Counted from the first letter of the stretch, positions 28,781 through 37,724 are shown. The stretch is DNA of 57,027 nucleotides from a virus (IMGVR_UViG_3300010371_000009:1-57027), one strand, 5' to 3'. The notes: generated from the sequence alone by a model not told the origin. Numbers and translations are program-made.

Positions 28781-29683
28781 TTAGATTATTCCTTTGTGCT
28801 CATTACAGCCTTTTGGAATGAAATCTTTTGGTATCACTTGACCAAACTTATTACATTTCCATTGTGCGTTTTCAACAGGCTCGCTAAAGACGCAACTTCT
28901 ACAATTCTTTTCAACAGGCTCATTATAAAAACATATTGACTGAAAATGGCAATACTGACATTTCCAGAAGCTTGATTGCTGACTTATCTTTTCTGGTGGA
29001 AGCTTGGCATAGATTATATCAGTAGCTTTCTTTTCAAGCTCTATAGCATAATTCCAATCAAGAGTTTTAAACTCAAAATCCATAGTTTCATCGTCTTTAT
29101 TTACAGCAACATAAAGACCATGTTGAATTTTAAATTCCTTTCCATAACCGCACATTTGCGCCCAATGTTCTGGTTTGGATTTTACCACACCATCGGCTTT
29201 CCACTTATCAAAACTTTTCTTATTGTGAGTTTTAAATTCACAAATGACAGGTAGATTATCGGCAAATCCTAGTGTTGCTATCCCATCCGTTTCGCCACCA
29301 TAATGTCCATCAATCAATGATGCTTTATGCTGATCGCCTGTAGATGGATCAATAACCGCTCTAAAACTAATTCCAGCCCACAATAAGAATTGCTCAATCT
29401 TAGCTTCTTCATCTTTACCGCGTTGAAACAATCGACGCATTCTAGGATCAAATTGATTGAGCTTAGCCCAACGAAACGTAAGCCAAATTTTGCGCCAACA
29501 TTCATCACCAATCAACGATATACCCAAATGACTGCGATGCTTAGCCGGATATTTTTCAATTGAATATTCTTCAAGACTATCGCGTAAAGTCTTTACAATT
29601 TCATCAGGTGTCATTGTGGGCATACTATCGTCTATCTCTCTAGGTTTCCATCGCCCATTTATGTAATCTTGAATGACAGGCAT
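28781..29683 (-). CDS. Cas4-like PD-(D/E)xK exonuclease
   Basis: CWRKIW, GETDG, CEFKT, QMCGY and CQYCHFQSIC Fe-S motif. Confidence 0.88.
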   Translation of the reverse strand: MPVIQDYINGRWKPREIDDSMPTMTPDEIVKTLRDSLEEYSIEKYPAKHRSHLGISLIGDECWRKIWLTFRWAKLNQFDPRMRRLFQRGKDEEAKIEQFLLWAGISFRAVIDPSTGDQHKASLIDGHYGGETDGIATLGFADNLPVICEFKTHNKKSFDKWKADGVVKSKPEHWAQMCGYGKEFKIQHGLYVAVNKDDETMDFEFKTLDWNYAIELEKKATDIIYAKLPPEKISQQSSFWKCQYCHFQSICFYNEPVEKNCRSCVFSEPVENAQWKCNKFGQVIPKDFIPKGCNEHKGII

Positions 29684-29931
29684 TAAAGTTCATCAATGTG
29701 AGCAGCTACAATCAATAGCTCTAAATGAATTGCTAGCCAGGGTTGTTCATTAAGTTTGATGGCTTCAGTAGCAGATTTATTAAAATATTCAGGATTTAGA
29801 ATTTTAATGTAACAAGCACCATCGATTATGTCAATTTCAAATCCTTTAGCATTCATGAGCTTTAGAATTTTCTTTGCTTCTTCTAAATCTTTTTCTTGAT
29901 CTGCTTTTGTACAGTAACGACGTGTTGACAT
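29683..29931 (-). CDS. hypothetical protein
   Basis: 82-aa ORF with AAGGA RBS. Confidence 0.65.
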   Translation of the reverse strand: MSTRRYCTKADQEKDLEEAKKILKLMNAKGFEIDIIDGACYIKILNPEYFNKSATEAIKLNEQPWLAIHLELLIVAAHIDEL

Positions 29932-29948
29932 TTTTAATTCCTTTTTTG

Positions 29949-29979
29949 AAAAAATAGCGGGATATTTCTACCCCGCTAT
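29949..29979 (-). terminator. intrinsic terminator after SSB gene
   Basis: atagcggg...cccgctat with a T-run on the minus strand. Confidence 0.7.
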
Positions 29980-30028
29980 AAAGTTTACTTTTGCAGTTTA
30001 AAAATATTTATAAAACTATCTGCAAAAG

Positions 30029-30703
30029 TTATTGACTACCCCAAGGTGGCGATCCGCCTTGCGGCTGATTAGGCTGTGGCTGTTGCTGTTGTGGAGCGGG
30101 TTGACCCCAACCGCCAGCGTTATTTTGCTGCATTGGCTGCTGCGACGGCTGATTGTTTTGTGGCTGTGCTTGTGGCTGTTGATTAGTCCAACCCGCATTA
30201 GGCTGTGCTTGTCCATTAGACTGTTGTGCAGGTTGGATTGGCTGTGCAGCTTGTGGTGCCTTTCCAGGTTCATTACCTTGCGCGTCATAGACCTTCTTAA
30301 TTTCAACATAACCTGTATCTTCAAGCTGGCCACTAGAGTTCTTACGCTTCTGTGGCACAACTTCCATTCGACCGCGTGCGCCACGCAATTCAAACGCAGC
30401 TTTATCAACAATAGGCGATCCATCTGGATTTTTAGGAAATGAAAGCTTGAAAACATTCGTAGCATAGCAGAGTGCAGAAAGTTCTTTTTGTGCAATCTCT
30501 ACAGCTTGCGGGCTGCTATTCCACAAATTATAACGCTTTTCAATGCGTCCAACTGGCGAAGTAAATTCAATAACCAACATTCCACCAGTGTTATCTTTTG
30601 TGCCTTTCGCATAGGTATTAGAGATAGTGAAATCATACATTCCGAGTGGATGTGCTTCACCACCTTGAGAAGGTGTAAAATTTCTAGCGTCAAAGGTGTC
30701 CAT
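30029..30703 (-). CDS. single-stranded DNA-binding protein (DUF669-like)
   Basis: RYNLWNSSPQAVEIAQKELSALCYA; Gln/Pro-rich tail ending PPW. Confidence 0.8.
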   Translation of the reverse strand: MDTFDARNFTPSQGGEAHPLGMYDFTISNTYAKGTKDNTGGMLVIEFTSPVGRIEKRYNLWNSSPQAVEIAQKELSALCYATNVFKLSFPKNPDGSPIVDKAAFELRGARGRMEVVPQKRKNSSGQLEDTGYVEIKKVYDAQGNEPGKAPQAAQPIQPAQQSNGQAQPNAGWTNQQPQAQPQNNQPSQQPMQQNNAGGWGQPAPQQQQPQPNQPQGGSPPWGSQ

Positions 30704-30704
30704 G

Positions 30705-31055
30705 TTATTTCCAATCCTTGCTTGTTGTAGCTAATGGTTCAACTCTATCTTTGTTTTCTGCTGGCTGTGGTAATGTCCCCTCTAATACCCATTGTAAAAC
30801 AGTGTTCATATGATTTAGAAAATGCTCTGTGTTAGTTACAGAATGATTATCATCGAATGGTGAATGATATGTTTTAGACGCTTCTGTCATAACATCGCGT
30901 CTAATAGCAATCATTCTATAATCATATGGTGGTGCAAAATGCGTTCCTTTTTCAAGAGTAAGAGGCATACCACTATTTATTTTTACCCCTTGCTGTTCTA
31001 ATTGTGCAGCAATTTCCGAATAGCAAGTTGCACTAATTTTAAGATTGAGTGGCAT
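30705..31055 (-). CDS. hypothetical protein
   Basis: 116-aa ORF in the operon. Confidence 0.7.
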   Translation of the reverse strand: MPLNLKISATCYSEIAAQLEQQGVKINSGMPLTLEKGTHFAPPYDYRMIAIRRDVMTEASKTYHSPFDDNHSVTNTEHFLNHMNTVLQWVLEGTLPQPAENKDRVEPLATTSKDWK

Positions 31056-31056
31056 T

Positions 31057-31719
31057 CTACACCATCGCTTTCTTTACGATTAAGCCAAAATCAGGCGGTT
31101 CAAATTCATTTAAATTTCCAGTTCTATGGCGTGCAAGTACGTCGATAGTTTCGTTGCATCTAAAAGCTTTCACTTGCCCCATAGCAGGAACGTTTTGAAT
31201 ACCTAGATGCAAGATGAAATCATACATATGAGGTACATCGACGTTTAATTGATTGCCTGGAAAATATGGACGGCGAACACCTTCAAATATACCTTCTTTG
31301 GCAATCAAATATGTATGTTTATGCTGCGTATAGAACAGGGGTCTTAAATGATCCATCACAGCAGTAGCCATATCACCATAAGCTTTCAAACCATGCTTCT
31401 GGATTTTTAAAGCTTTCTGTAAATAAGTATCAGCCATCTGTGAAATACTATCGACGGCCAGCGTATCATAATTTTTAGTTTCTGCTGAATTAAAAAACCA
31501 TTTAAAAAAATCATCAATAGCTTCTGGTGTAAACGCTTGACACGTTGGAACCATAGAACCACGCATAGATAGCAATCCAGGTTCGCAAGCTAATAGTACA
31601 GGTCTAGGCGCAGTATTAATGATTGGTGTTTTACCGCTTCCAGGTGCTCCATACACAATGGCTTTTACACCATACTGAATTGCAAAATCTTTAGCGGGCT
31701 TAAGCTGTGAAGCTTGCAT
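31057..31719 (-). CDS. Sak4-like AAA ATPase / ssDNA-annealing protein
   Basis: YGAPGSGKT Walker A, LAVDSIS Walker B; adjacent to SSB. Confidence 0.85.
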   Translation of the reverse strand: MQASQLKPAKDFAIQYGVKAIVYGAPGSGKTPIINTAPRPVLLACEPGLLSMRGSMVPTCQAFTPEAIDDFFKWFFNSAETKNYDTLAVDSISQMADTYLQKALKIQKHGLKAYGDMATAVMDHLRPLFYTQHKHTYLIAKEGIFEGVRRPYFPGNQLNVDVPHMYDFILHLGIQNVPAMGQVKAFRCNETIDVLARHRTGNLNEFEPPDFGLIVKKAMV

Positions 31720-31949
31720 TAAAAATATCCTGCTTCTTCAAATGATTTAATTTGCATAACTGTTTCTATTTTTTTCATTTCCTTAAGAGCAATCTCACAA
31801 GTATGTCTAATTTCAACAAGCCCGTAATTGTGATCTTTCATAAATTCTAAATCATTCTTTAGTTTAAACCACATTTCCTTATAAACAGGACTTTCTTGAT
31901 AAACGTGAATTTTCCAAATTTTAACTTTACTTCTTTTAAAAATATTCAT
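31719..31949 (-). CDS. hypothetical protein
   Basis: 76-aa ORF with overlapping start/stop. Confidence 0.6.
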   Translation of the reverse strand: MNIFKRSKVKIWKIHVYQESPVYKEMWFKLKNDLEFMKDHNYGLVEIRHTCEIALKEMKKIETVMQIKSFEEAGYF

Positions 31950-32473
31950 TTCTTTTTAGCTTTCGGCTCTTTAATCTCAAGACTTGGCGCAGCTTCGGTA
32001 ATTTCAAGAAATGAATTTATGATCTTCATAATGCCGATAGCTTTGGTGTCGCCTTTCTCACAATCTTCTTGAAGCTGGCGATATTCAGTAAGCAAGAAAT
32101 TAGGTGTCCAGCTTACCAATCTATCAGCGATGAATGAACCATCATTACCGATTTTGGCAATCTCTGCCAAACCAAGCTTCACTGTATCATTATCTTTAAG
32201 TTTGTAATTGAATTTGATACCGGCTTTAAGCTGATAACCGTTGCCAAGCTCTTGCGTATTAGTGCCTTCAGTAGGATTAGGAAATGCACGCTTTACAACA
32301 TACTTTCTAAATTCCATTTCAGCTTCTTTAGCAGCAGCTAAATCTTTCTGTAACTTCTGCCATTGCATCAAAACAGCATCGCGCCCAAAGCTATCCCAAG
32401 CTTCTGCAATAGGGTCTTTGGGTACAGGGTTTGATTGTGGGGAAGGTTGACCCCATACATTAGGTGTATTCAT
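31946..32473 (-). CDS. conserved phage replication-module protein of unknown function
   Basis: 175 aa with AAGGA RBS; first gene of the leftward replication operon. Confidence 0.75.
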   Translation of the reverse strand: MNTPNVWGQPSPQSNPVPKDPIAEAWDSFGRDAVLMQWQKLQKDLAAAKEAEMEFRKYVVKRAFPNPTEGTNTQELGNGYQLKAGIKFNYKLKDNDTVKLGLAEIAKIGNDGSFIADRLVSWTPNFLLTEYRQLQEDCEKGDTKAIGIMKIINSFLEITEAAPSLEIKEPKAKKK

Positions 32474-32504
32474 TTTAATTCCTTATTTGATTTTTATTCG
32501 TCCA

Positions 32505-32582
32505 AAAGCCTATAGATGGTATTTTCCCTTGTCAAGCAAATAATTCCGCTTGACGGCAATTTATTATTGTAGCAGCTTAGCA
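32505..32582. promoter_or_regulatory. divergent promoters between replication operon and HTH/primase
   Basis: TTGACA on minus (about 32530-35) and TTGACG on plus (about 32550-55), back to back. Confidence 0.55.
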
Positions 32583-32615
32583 GCGAAATTGCAATAATAG
32601 GGAAAAATTCCCACA

Positions 32616-32822
32616 ATGAACCTTTATGAAAAAACGTTAAGTTTAATCAAAAATCGTCCAGCAAGAATATCGCTGCAACAAATTACAGATGATTTAAATA
32701 AGAAAAACATTGAAGTTAGTTATAGCTGGATATGTAAATTTCATCAAGGTGAAATTACTAATCCAAGCTATTTAACTTTGCAAGCTTTACATGACTATTT
32801 AGTGAGCGTCGTTAAACATTAA
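32616..32822 (+). CDS. Cro/XRE-like HTH protein
   Basis: VSYSWICKFHQGEITNPSYLTLQAL. Confidence 0.75.
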   Translation: MNLYEKTLSLIKNRPARISLQQITDDLNKKNIEVSYSWICKFHQGEITNPSYLTLQALHDYLVSVVKH

Positions 32823-32835
32823 CCACGCTTGCTAA

Positions 32836-35301
32836 GTGGGGGATATTTTGTATAATCCATATCAGCCTGACATGCAGGCTCAACTAAATAATTTCAATAA
32901 TATTCCAGAAGAATTAAAGGTTCTTCCACAATGGCTCGTATGGAAGTTTGAAGATATTGGTGCAGCAAAGCCTACTAAGGTTCCGTACAATCCCATTAGT
33001 GGTGAAAAAGCAAGCACAACTAATCCTAATACATGGGTAAAATTTGAAGAAGCTGTAGAAGCTTTTAAAACTTGTAAATGGGATGGCATTGGTTTTGTTT
33101 TTTCAGATAAAGACCCATACACATTTATAGATTTAGACGATACGCATGGCGATGCTATTGCATTAGATAAACAAATTAAAATCTTTCGTGAATTCGATAG
33201 CTACAGTGAAAAATCACCATCTGGTACAGGCTTACACATTATTATCAAAGGTGAAATTCCTGTAGGACGTAGAAGAAATTTTATTGAAATGTATAGCAGC
33301 GGTAGATATGCAACTTTTACAGGTGATATTTATCATAAAAAAGGTATTGAATATCGTCAAGAATTATTGACACAATTATTTGAACAAATTGGTTCGTCTG
33401 TTCCGCAAACTAATTTGTTTGTTGGTGATGCTCAAGAGAAAGAAACTGACGAAGTTATAATTGAGCGTGCAGCTAATGCTGACAATGGAATTAAATTTTC
33501 AGATTTATTTTCTGGTAGCTGGAACACTTATTATCCAAGTCAATCTGAAGCAGATTTGGCGCTTATCAACATCATTGCTTTCTATACGCAAAATAGAAAT
33601 CAAATTAAAAGAATATTTCACAAATCAGATTTAGGAAAACGTTTAAAAGCACAACGTCAAGATTATCTGAATTGGATGATTGACAAATCATTTGATAAAA
33701 TGTTACCTGATCTTGATTTTGATGGTTTTACAAATGTCCTAAAAGATCACATTCAAGAAATTAAAAATGAAGGTGCTGTAGCTCAAAGGTTAGAGCCATC
33801 CGCTCATAACGGATTGGTTGTAGGTTCAAGTCCTACCAGCACCACCACTAAAGAGGCATCGGTTAAAGGTAAGCCTGCACCCTTTGAAGGTGTTAATCCT
33901 GGTTCAAATCCAGGTGCCTCTACCAATTCAAAGCCACATTTAAATTTGCCACCTGGATTGTTAGGTGAAATTGCTCTTTTCATTTATCAATCATCGCCAC
34001 GTCCTGTACCTGAAATTGCATTAGCAGCGGCTATAGGTTTAATGAGCGGCATAACCGGACGTGCCTACAATGTATCTGGTACAGGTTTAAATCAATATGT
34101 TTTGCTTCTTGCTGGCACTGGTAGCGGTAAGGAAGGAATGGCTTTAGGCATCGACAAGTTAATGCACGAAATACGTCAACAGGTGCCTACTGCAATGAAT
34201 TTTATAGGACCATCTGAAATTGCATCTGGTCAAGCACTTATAAAATATATTGCAAACAACTCACAATGCTTTGTCACGATCCTTGGTGAATTTGGTTTGC
34301 GCCTTTTGCAGATGGCCAACTACAATGCCAATGGTGCGGAAGTTTCATTAAGAAGAATGCTGTTAGATTTATATAACAAATCTGGATTTGGACAAATAGC
34401 TAGACCTTCTGTTTATGCAGATAAAGATAAAAATACAAGCGCAATTCCGTCACCTTCGTTTAGCATTCTAGGTGAAAGCACACCAGAACGTTTTTATGGT
34501 GCGCTGAATGAAGATATGATTAGTGAGGGATTGCTGCCACGGTTTCTTCTAATTGAATACAATGGTTATCGCGTGCCATTCAATAAAATCCACGGCGAGA
34601 TAAAGCCAACTTTCAGCTTAATTGAAAAGCTGACTACCGTTTGCGCCAACGCTGAAATGATCCAAAATTCAAATCCGCGCAAAGTTATCAATGTAAAATT
34701 TACAAGAGAAGCAGAACAAATTTCAGATAGTTATGATCGTTATGCAGATAGTCAAATAAATTTAAATGGACAAAAAGATGTTGTTAAGCAGCTATGGAAT
34801 AGAGCGCATATTAAAGTTTTAAAATTGGCTGCAATCATAGCTGTGGGCATAAATATGTTTGAACCATTGATAGAAGCAGATCACATGAATTGGGCTATAT
34901 CAATGGTCAATAATGATATTGAAACTCTTAGCCTTAAGTTTGAAGAAGGCAAAATAGGAATGAACACTAGCGAGATAAAACAGATTGATGACATTATTAG
35001 AATTATAAAAGAATATGTCATGCAAGATTGGGAATATGTAAAGAAATATTCAGATAAAAGCGAAAAGTCTGAAAAGATGTATAATGACAAGGTAATCAGC
35101 TATTCATATATTAGCCGTCGATTGGTCGCGCAATCAGCATTCAAGAATGACAAGCTAGGTGCTACAGCAGCGATCAAACGTTGCTTACAAATTATGATTG
35201 ATAGAGATTACATTCGGGAAATGAGCAAAGGTGAATTGGGAAATCGCTTTGGGACTTCACAACGCGCATTCATTGTCACCAATCCAACTATTTTAAAATA
35301 G
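32836..35301 (+). CDS. primase-polymerase (AEP, NrS-1-like) fused to DUF3987-like P-loop domain
   Basis: DLDD, SPSGTGLH, EMYSSGRYATFTG, SQSEADLAL helix bundle; C-terminal GTGSGKE. Start GTG 32836 or ATG 32872. Confidence 0.88.
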   Translation: MGDILYNPYQPDMQAQLNNFNNIPEELKVLPQWLVWKFEDIGAAKPTKVPYNPISGEKASTTNPNTWVKFEEAVEAFKTCKWDGIGFVFSDKDPYTFIDLDDTHGDAIALDKQIKIFREFDSYSEKSPSGTGLHIIIKGEIPVGRRRNFIEMYSSGRYATFTGDIYHKKGIEYRQELLTQLFEQIGSSVPQTNLFVGDAQEKETDEVIIERAANADNGIKFSDLFSGSWNTYYPSQSEADLALINIIAFYTQNRNQIKRIFHKSDLGKRLKAQRQDYLNWMIDKSFDKMLPDLDFDGFTNVLKDHIQEIKNEGAVAQRLEPSAHNGLVVGSSPTSTTTKEASVKGKPAPFEGVNPGSNPGASTNSKPHLNLPPGLLGEIALFIYQSSPRPVPEIALAAAIGLMSGITGRAYNVSGTGLNQYVLLLAGTGSGKEGMALGIDKLMHEIRQQVPTAMNFIGPSEIASGQALIKYIANNSQCFVTILGEFGLRLLQMANYNANGAEVSLRRMLLDLYNKSGFGQIARPSVYADKDKNTSAIPSPSFSILGESTPERFYGALNEDMISEGLLPRFLLIEYNGYRVPFNKIHGEIKPTFSLIEKLTTVCANAEMIQNSNPRKVINVKFTREAEQISDSYDRYADSQINLNGQKDVVKQLWNRAHIKVLKLAAIIAVGINMFEPLIEADHMNWAISMVNNDIETLSLKFEEGKIGMNTSEIKQIDDIIRIIKEYVMQDWEYVKKYSDKSEKSEKMYNDKVISYSYISRRLVAQSAFKNDKLGATAAIKRCLQIMIDRDYIREMSKGELGNRFGTSQRAFIVTNPTILK
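33772..33847 (+). tRNA. tRNA with CAU anticodon, probably tRNA-Ile2 (lysidine), nested in the primase CDS
   Basis: GGTGCTG/CAGCACC acceptor, GCTC/GAGC D-stem, ATCCG-CTCATAA-CGGAT, GTAGG-TTCAAGT-CCTAC, A-CCA; 76 nt. Confidence 0.93.
33852..33925 (+). tRNA. tRNA-Gln(UUG), nested in the primase CDS
   Basis: AGAGGCA/TGCCTCT acceptor, GGTT/AGCC D-stem, GCACC-CTTTGAA-GGTGT, CCTGG-TTCAAAT-CCAGG, A-CCA; 74 nt. Confidence 0.9.
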
Positions 35302-35529
35302 CTATATAAAAAATCTGTCATTACCTTTCATAATATCATTAGCTATCAACTCGCTAAGCCTTTTGCTTTCTTGCTCTAAGAATTTAGCGTAGTGCTCATA
35401 AATATCTTCCATTGAAAGCGGCTTAGGAACTAGCGCCTTTATAGGCATTAGATTGCCAGCATGAACAATAGCTGGCGCAGCTAGCATAGAGCCTAATCCG
35501 ATTAAGAATGATCGTCTAGCTATTAGCAT
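35302..35529 (-). CDS. small protein with twin-arginine (Tat)-like signal
   Basis: MLIARRSFLIGLGSMLAAPAIVHA. Confidence 0.7.
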   Translation of the reverse strand: MLIARRSFLIGLGSMLAAPAIVHAGNLMPIKALVPKPLSMEDIYEHYAKFLEQESKRLSELIANDIMKGNDRFFI

Positions 35530-35827
35530 TATCGCATTCCTTATCTACCCAATCTGTAGAGAGATTGCGAATATCTCGTGCAATTGCTCGCGTAACATTG
35601 ATGATTGTTAAACGACGATTATAGTCGTTGTGTGCATTATCGGCAATAAGTGCAGAGCGAACTTGCATATCTTTTTGTCCTTCAACCCACGCTGCTTCGA
35701 TTAGAGGGGCGATAGCGTTAACTATCTCAAGAATAAGACTATTTGGGTTGCCCTCAAGATCAACGTAGATTGGTGCTATTTTTTGCTCGATTATCTGCGT
35801 TATCTCGTGCAAGCGTTCATTTGTCAT
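35516..35827 (-). CDS. hypothetical protein
   Basis: 103 aa with GGAG RBS. Confidence 0.7.
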   Translation of the reverse strand: MTNERLHEITQIIEQKIAPIYVDLEGNPNSLILEIVNAIAPLIEAAWVEGQKDMQVRSALIADNAHNDYNRRLTIINVTRAIARDIRNLSTDWVDKECDNANS

Positions 35828-35833
35828 TTCAAA

Positions 35834-35992
35834 TTATCTCCAATTGGCTAGCATGTTTATGATGACAAAACCAATGAAACAAAGAAACCACATAGCAGCA
35901 GCTTCTTGATTTTGATGTGCAATGGCATTGCCAAGTGAAAAAGCAAAGATGGATACAGATATTAACAAAATAAATGTAAATAGATTTTCCAT
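35834..35992 (-). CDS. 52-aa two-TM membrane peptide (below cutoff)
   Basis: MENLFTFILLISVSIFAFSLG...AMWFLCFIGFVIINMLANWR*. Confidence 0.55.
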   Translation of the reverse strand: MENLFTFILLISVSIFAFSLGNAIAHQNQEAAAMWFLCFIGFVIINMLANWR

Positions 35993-36009
35993 TTTAAAAC
36001 TTTCTATTT

Positions 36010-36039
36010 AAAAATAAATGGGGGATTTTATCCCCCATT
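36010..36039 (-). terminator. intrinsic terminator
   Basis: aatggggga-tttta-tcccccatt with T-rich tail on the minus strand. Confidence 0.7.
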
Positions 36040-36043
36040 CACA

Positions 36044-36364
36044 TTAGCAAACTTTAGTATCAGCATACATTGCATCTTCAACCACATCTTTAGCATCTTT
36101 CAAACCAAGTCCGTGTACTTCACGCACAATCTTAATGGCTTCAATTTTTTTACCGTCTCGCATCGCATTCACAAGATCGTGCGCAAGAGCAATAAATTTT
36201 TTACCATCTTCGACTGTGCCAATCTTGCGATTATTGGCCATCATATTCAATTCGGTTGCCTTAGCTCGCAACTCAATTTCTAACATTTCAATGTTAGATT
36301 GCATTCTACCAATCTTAACATAAGATTGCTCAAGTCTATCAAAAATTTCACAATCATCAATCAT
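36044..36364 (-). CDS. ribosomal protein bL12 (L7/L12) C-terminal-domain-like protein
   Basis: KKIEAIKIVREVHGLGLKDAKDVVE matches the L7/L12 CTD consensus. Confidence 0.8.
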   Translation of the reverse strand: MIDDCEIFDRLEQSYVKIGRMQSNIEMLEIELRAKATELNMMANNRKIGTVEDGKKFIALAHDLVNAMRDGKKIEAIKIVREVHGLGLKDAKDVVEDAMYADTKVC

Positions 36365-36423
36365 TTTTAAATTCCTTGTTTGATTTTAAAAGAGTTGTGG
36401 AGCATTTGCGCTCCACTCTCTAA

Positions 36424-36642
36424 TTAGACAACAGCCTGTTCACTCTTGCGAACATACTTGCGAGGCTTAGCATGATAAGCTTCAGAAACCTTCCAACCAA
36501 GACCGCCATCCTTAGCCGCTTCACGCTGACGCATATAAAAGGTCATATACTTCAATTCAGGGTTAAGCTTCTTTGCACTCTCGTAAGCAGCCTTGAGAGA
36601 CTTAAACTTAACCGCACCCTTCATCACGATAACCATTTTCAT
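36424..36642 (-). CDS. small basic, probably DNA-binding protein
   Basis: FKSLKAAYE...LKYMTFYMR...GW; GGAG RBS; own promoter. Confidence 0.7.
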   Translation of the reverse strand: MKMVIVMKGAVKFKSLKAAYESAKKLNPELKYMTFYMRQREAAKDGGLGWKVSEAYHAKPRKYVRKSEQAVV

Positions 36643-36693
36643 TCTCCATTTACATTTGAATTAGGACTTGCTTGATTGCCGTCCGATGATTTG

Positions 36694-36721
36694 AATATAC
36701 ACCTTTCAATTTTAAATGCAA
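36694..36721 (-). promoter_or_regulatory. sigma70-type promoter
   Basis: TTGCAT-16-TATATT on minus strand. Confidence 0.55.
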
Positions 36722-36759
36722 GCTTGAAATTCAATTATTTGAGTAATTTTATTGCTTTC

Positions 36760-36966
36760 TTATTCCATCCAATTTAGCTTGTCGCAATCTCGATAAGCAA
36801 TCAATCTAGGCTTATTGATAGGCTTTGGCTTCATCTTGACATGAATGCAATATAAAAGCTTGCATTCCTTTCCAAGCAGCAACCAAAAAGGAATGGAATA
36901 TCGAACAACCCCATATTCATCTTCATAAACACTGACGCGATAATGTGTTTGCATTTTAAATCTCAT
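36760..36966 (-). CDS. hypothetical protein
   Basis: 68-aa ORF. Confidence 0.55.
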   Translation of the reverse strand: MRFKMQTHYRVSVYEDEYGVVRYSIPFWLLLGKECKLLYCIHVKMKPKPINKPRLIAYRDCDKLNWME

Positions 36967-37095
36967 TCCATGCGAAACAAAATTTCTTCAAATAGTGACC
37001 TGATGTTATCCAATAGAACGCATTAAGATTTGGATGCATTGGCAGCAACCTAACGTATCGCAAAGGGATTTTAAACCAATTGCTAGCCATATTGA

Positions 37096-37578
37096 TTAAT
37101 CCTTAAACGATGTTCTAGGACCAGCCTTAAGCCAACCTTCAGCAAGCATTGCATCAACTGCGCTAGGATCAACACGTTGCTTCTGCTTCAGGTTATGATT
37201 GATAAGCCATACCTTCCCTGCCAGCCCATGACCGCGCCCAATGCCGCTAGGGCTGTCACCAGTAGGCTTTCCCCAAACAGGGGTAGTTGGCTGACCCCAT
37301 TGGGCCTTTTTATCATCAGCGGCTTTATATGGTCCGGCAGGCACGTCATCTTCTTCAATCTCATGCCTGCCCACAATCCGAGCTTGATGGGCACTTTCGT
37401 TGATCCACCAATTCTTAGCCCGTTCGATTGCAGCAGCTTCAGTTGATCCAACCATTCTGACAAGCAATTGCTCGCCTTTCAATTCAATGTAGGCAAGCCA
37501 AGCTTCATGAGGCTTTGCGTTCTTTGAATGATAGGTGACGATGTTAGGAATAATTTGTTCGGTCATGTCGTTCTCCAT
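37096..37578 (-). CDS. hypothetical protein
   Basis: 160 aa; real start may be 37566 (GGAG RBS). Confidence 0.75.
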   Translation of the reverse strand: MENDMTEQIIPNIVTYHSKNAKPHEAWLAYIELKGEQLLVRMVGSTEAAAIERAKNWWINESAHQARIVGRHEIEEDDVPAGPYKAADDKKAQWGQPTTPVWGKPTGDSPSGIGRGHGLAGKVWLINHNLKQKQRVDPSAVDAMLAEGWLKAGPRTSFKD

Positions 37579-37724
37579 TAATAGACGGTTTTGTTAGTGT
37601 CAAGCTTGATAATAAATGCCTTAATACCTTTAGCGTTTAGAGCAAGCCAAATTTGAAAAGCAAGAGTGTAAGAGCATCCAACATATTGCCTCTTGCCAGA
37701 ATTAGTTTCATAAACTTGGATCAT
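37578..37724 (-). CDS. 48-aa hypothetical protein (below cutoff)
   Basis: MIQVYETNSGKRQY...; GGAGG RBS and upstream TTGACT. Confidence 0.55.
   Translation of the reverse strand: MIQVYETNSGKRQYVGCSYTLAFQIWLALNAKGIKAFIIKLDTNKTVY

Noticed and set aside
28781-29683. Cas4-like gene as evidence of CRISPR-Cas
   Set aside because: No repeat-spacer array or other cas genes seen; solo Cas4-like nucleases are usual in phage replication modules
33772-33925. Nested tRNAs as a prophage att-site remnant or as chance cloverleaves
   Set aside because: Both are full length with intact stems and CCA, there is no duplicated 3' fragment and no integrase, and the anticodons fit the NNA-decoding set
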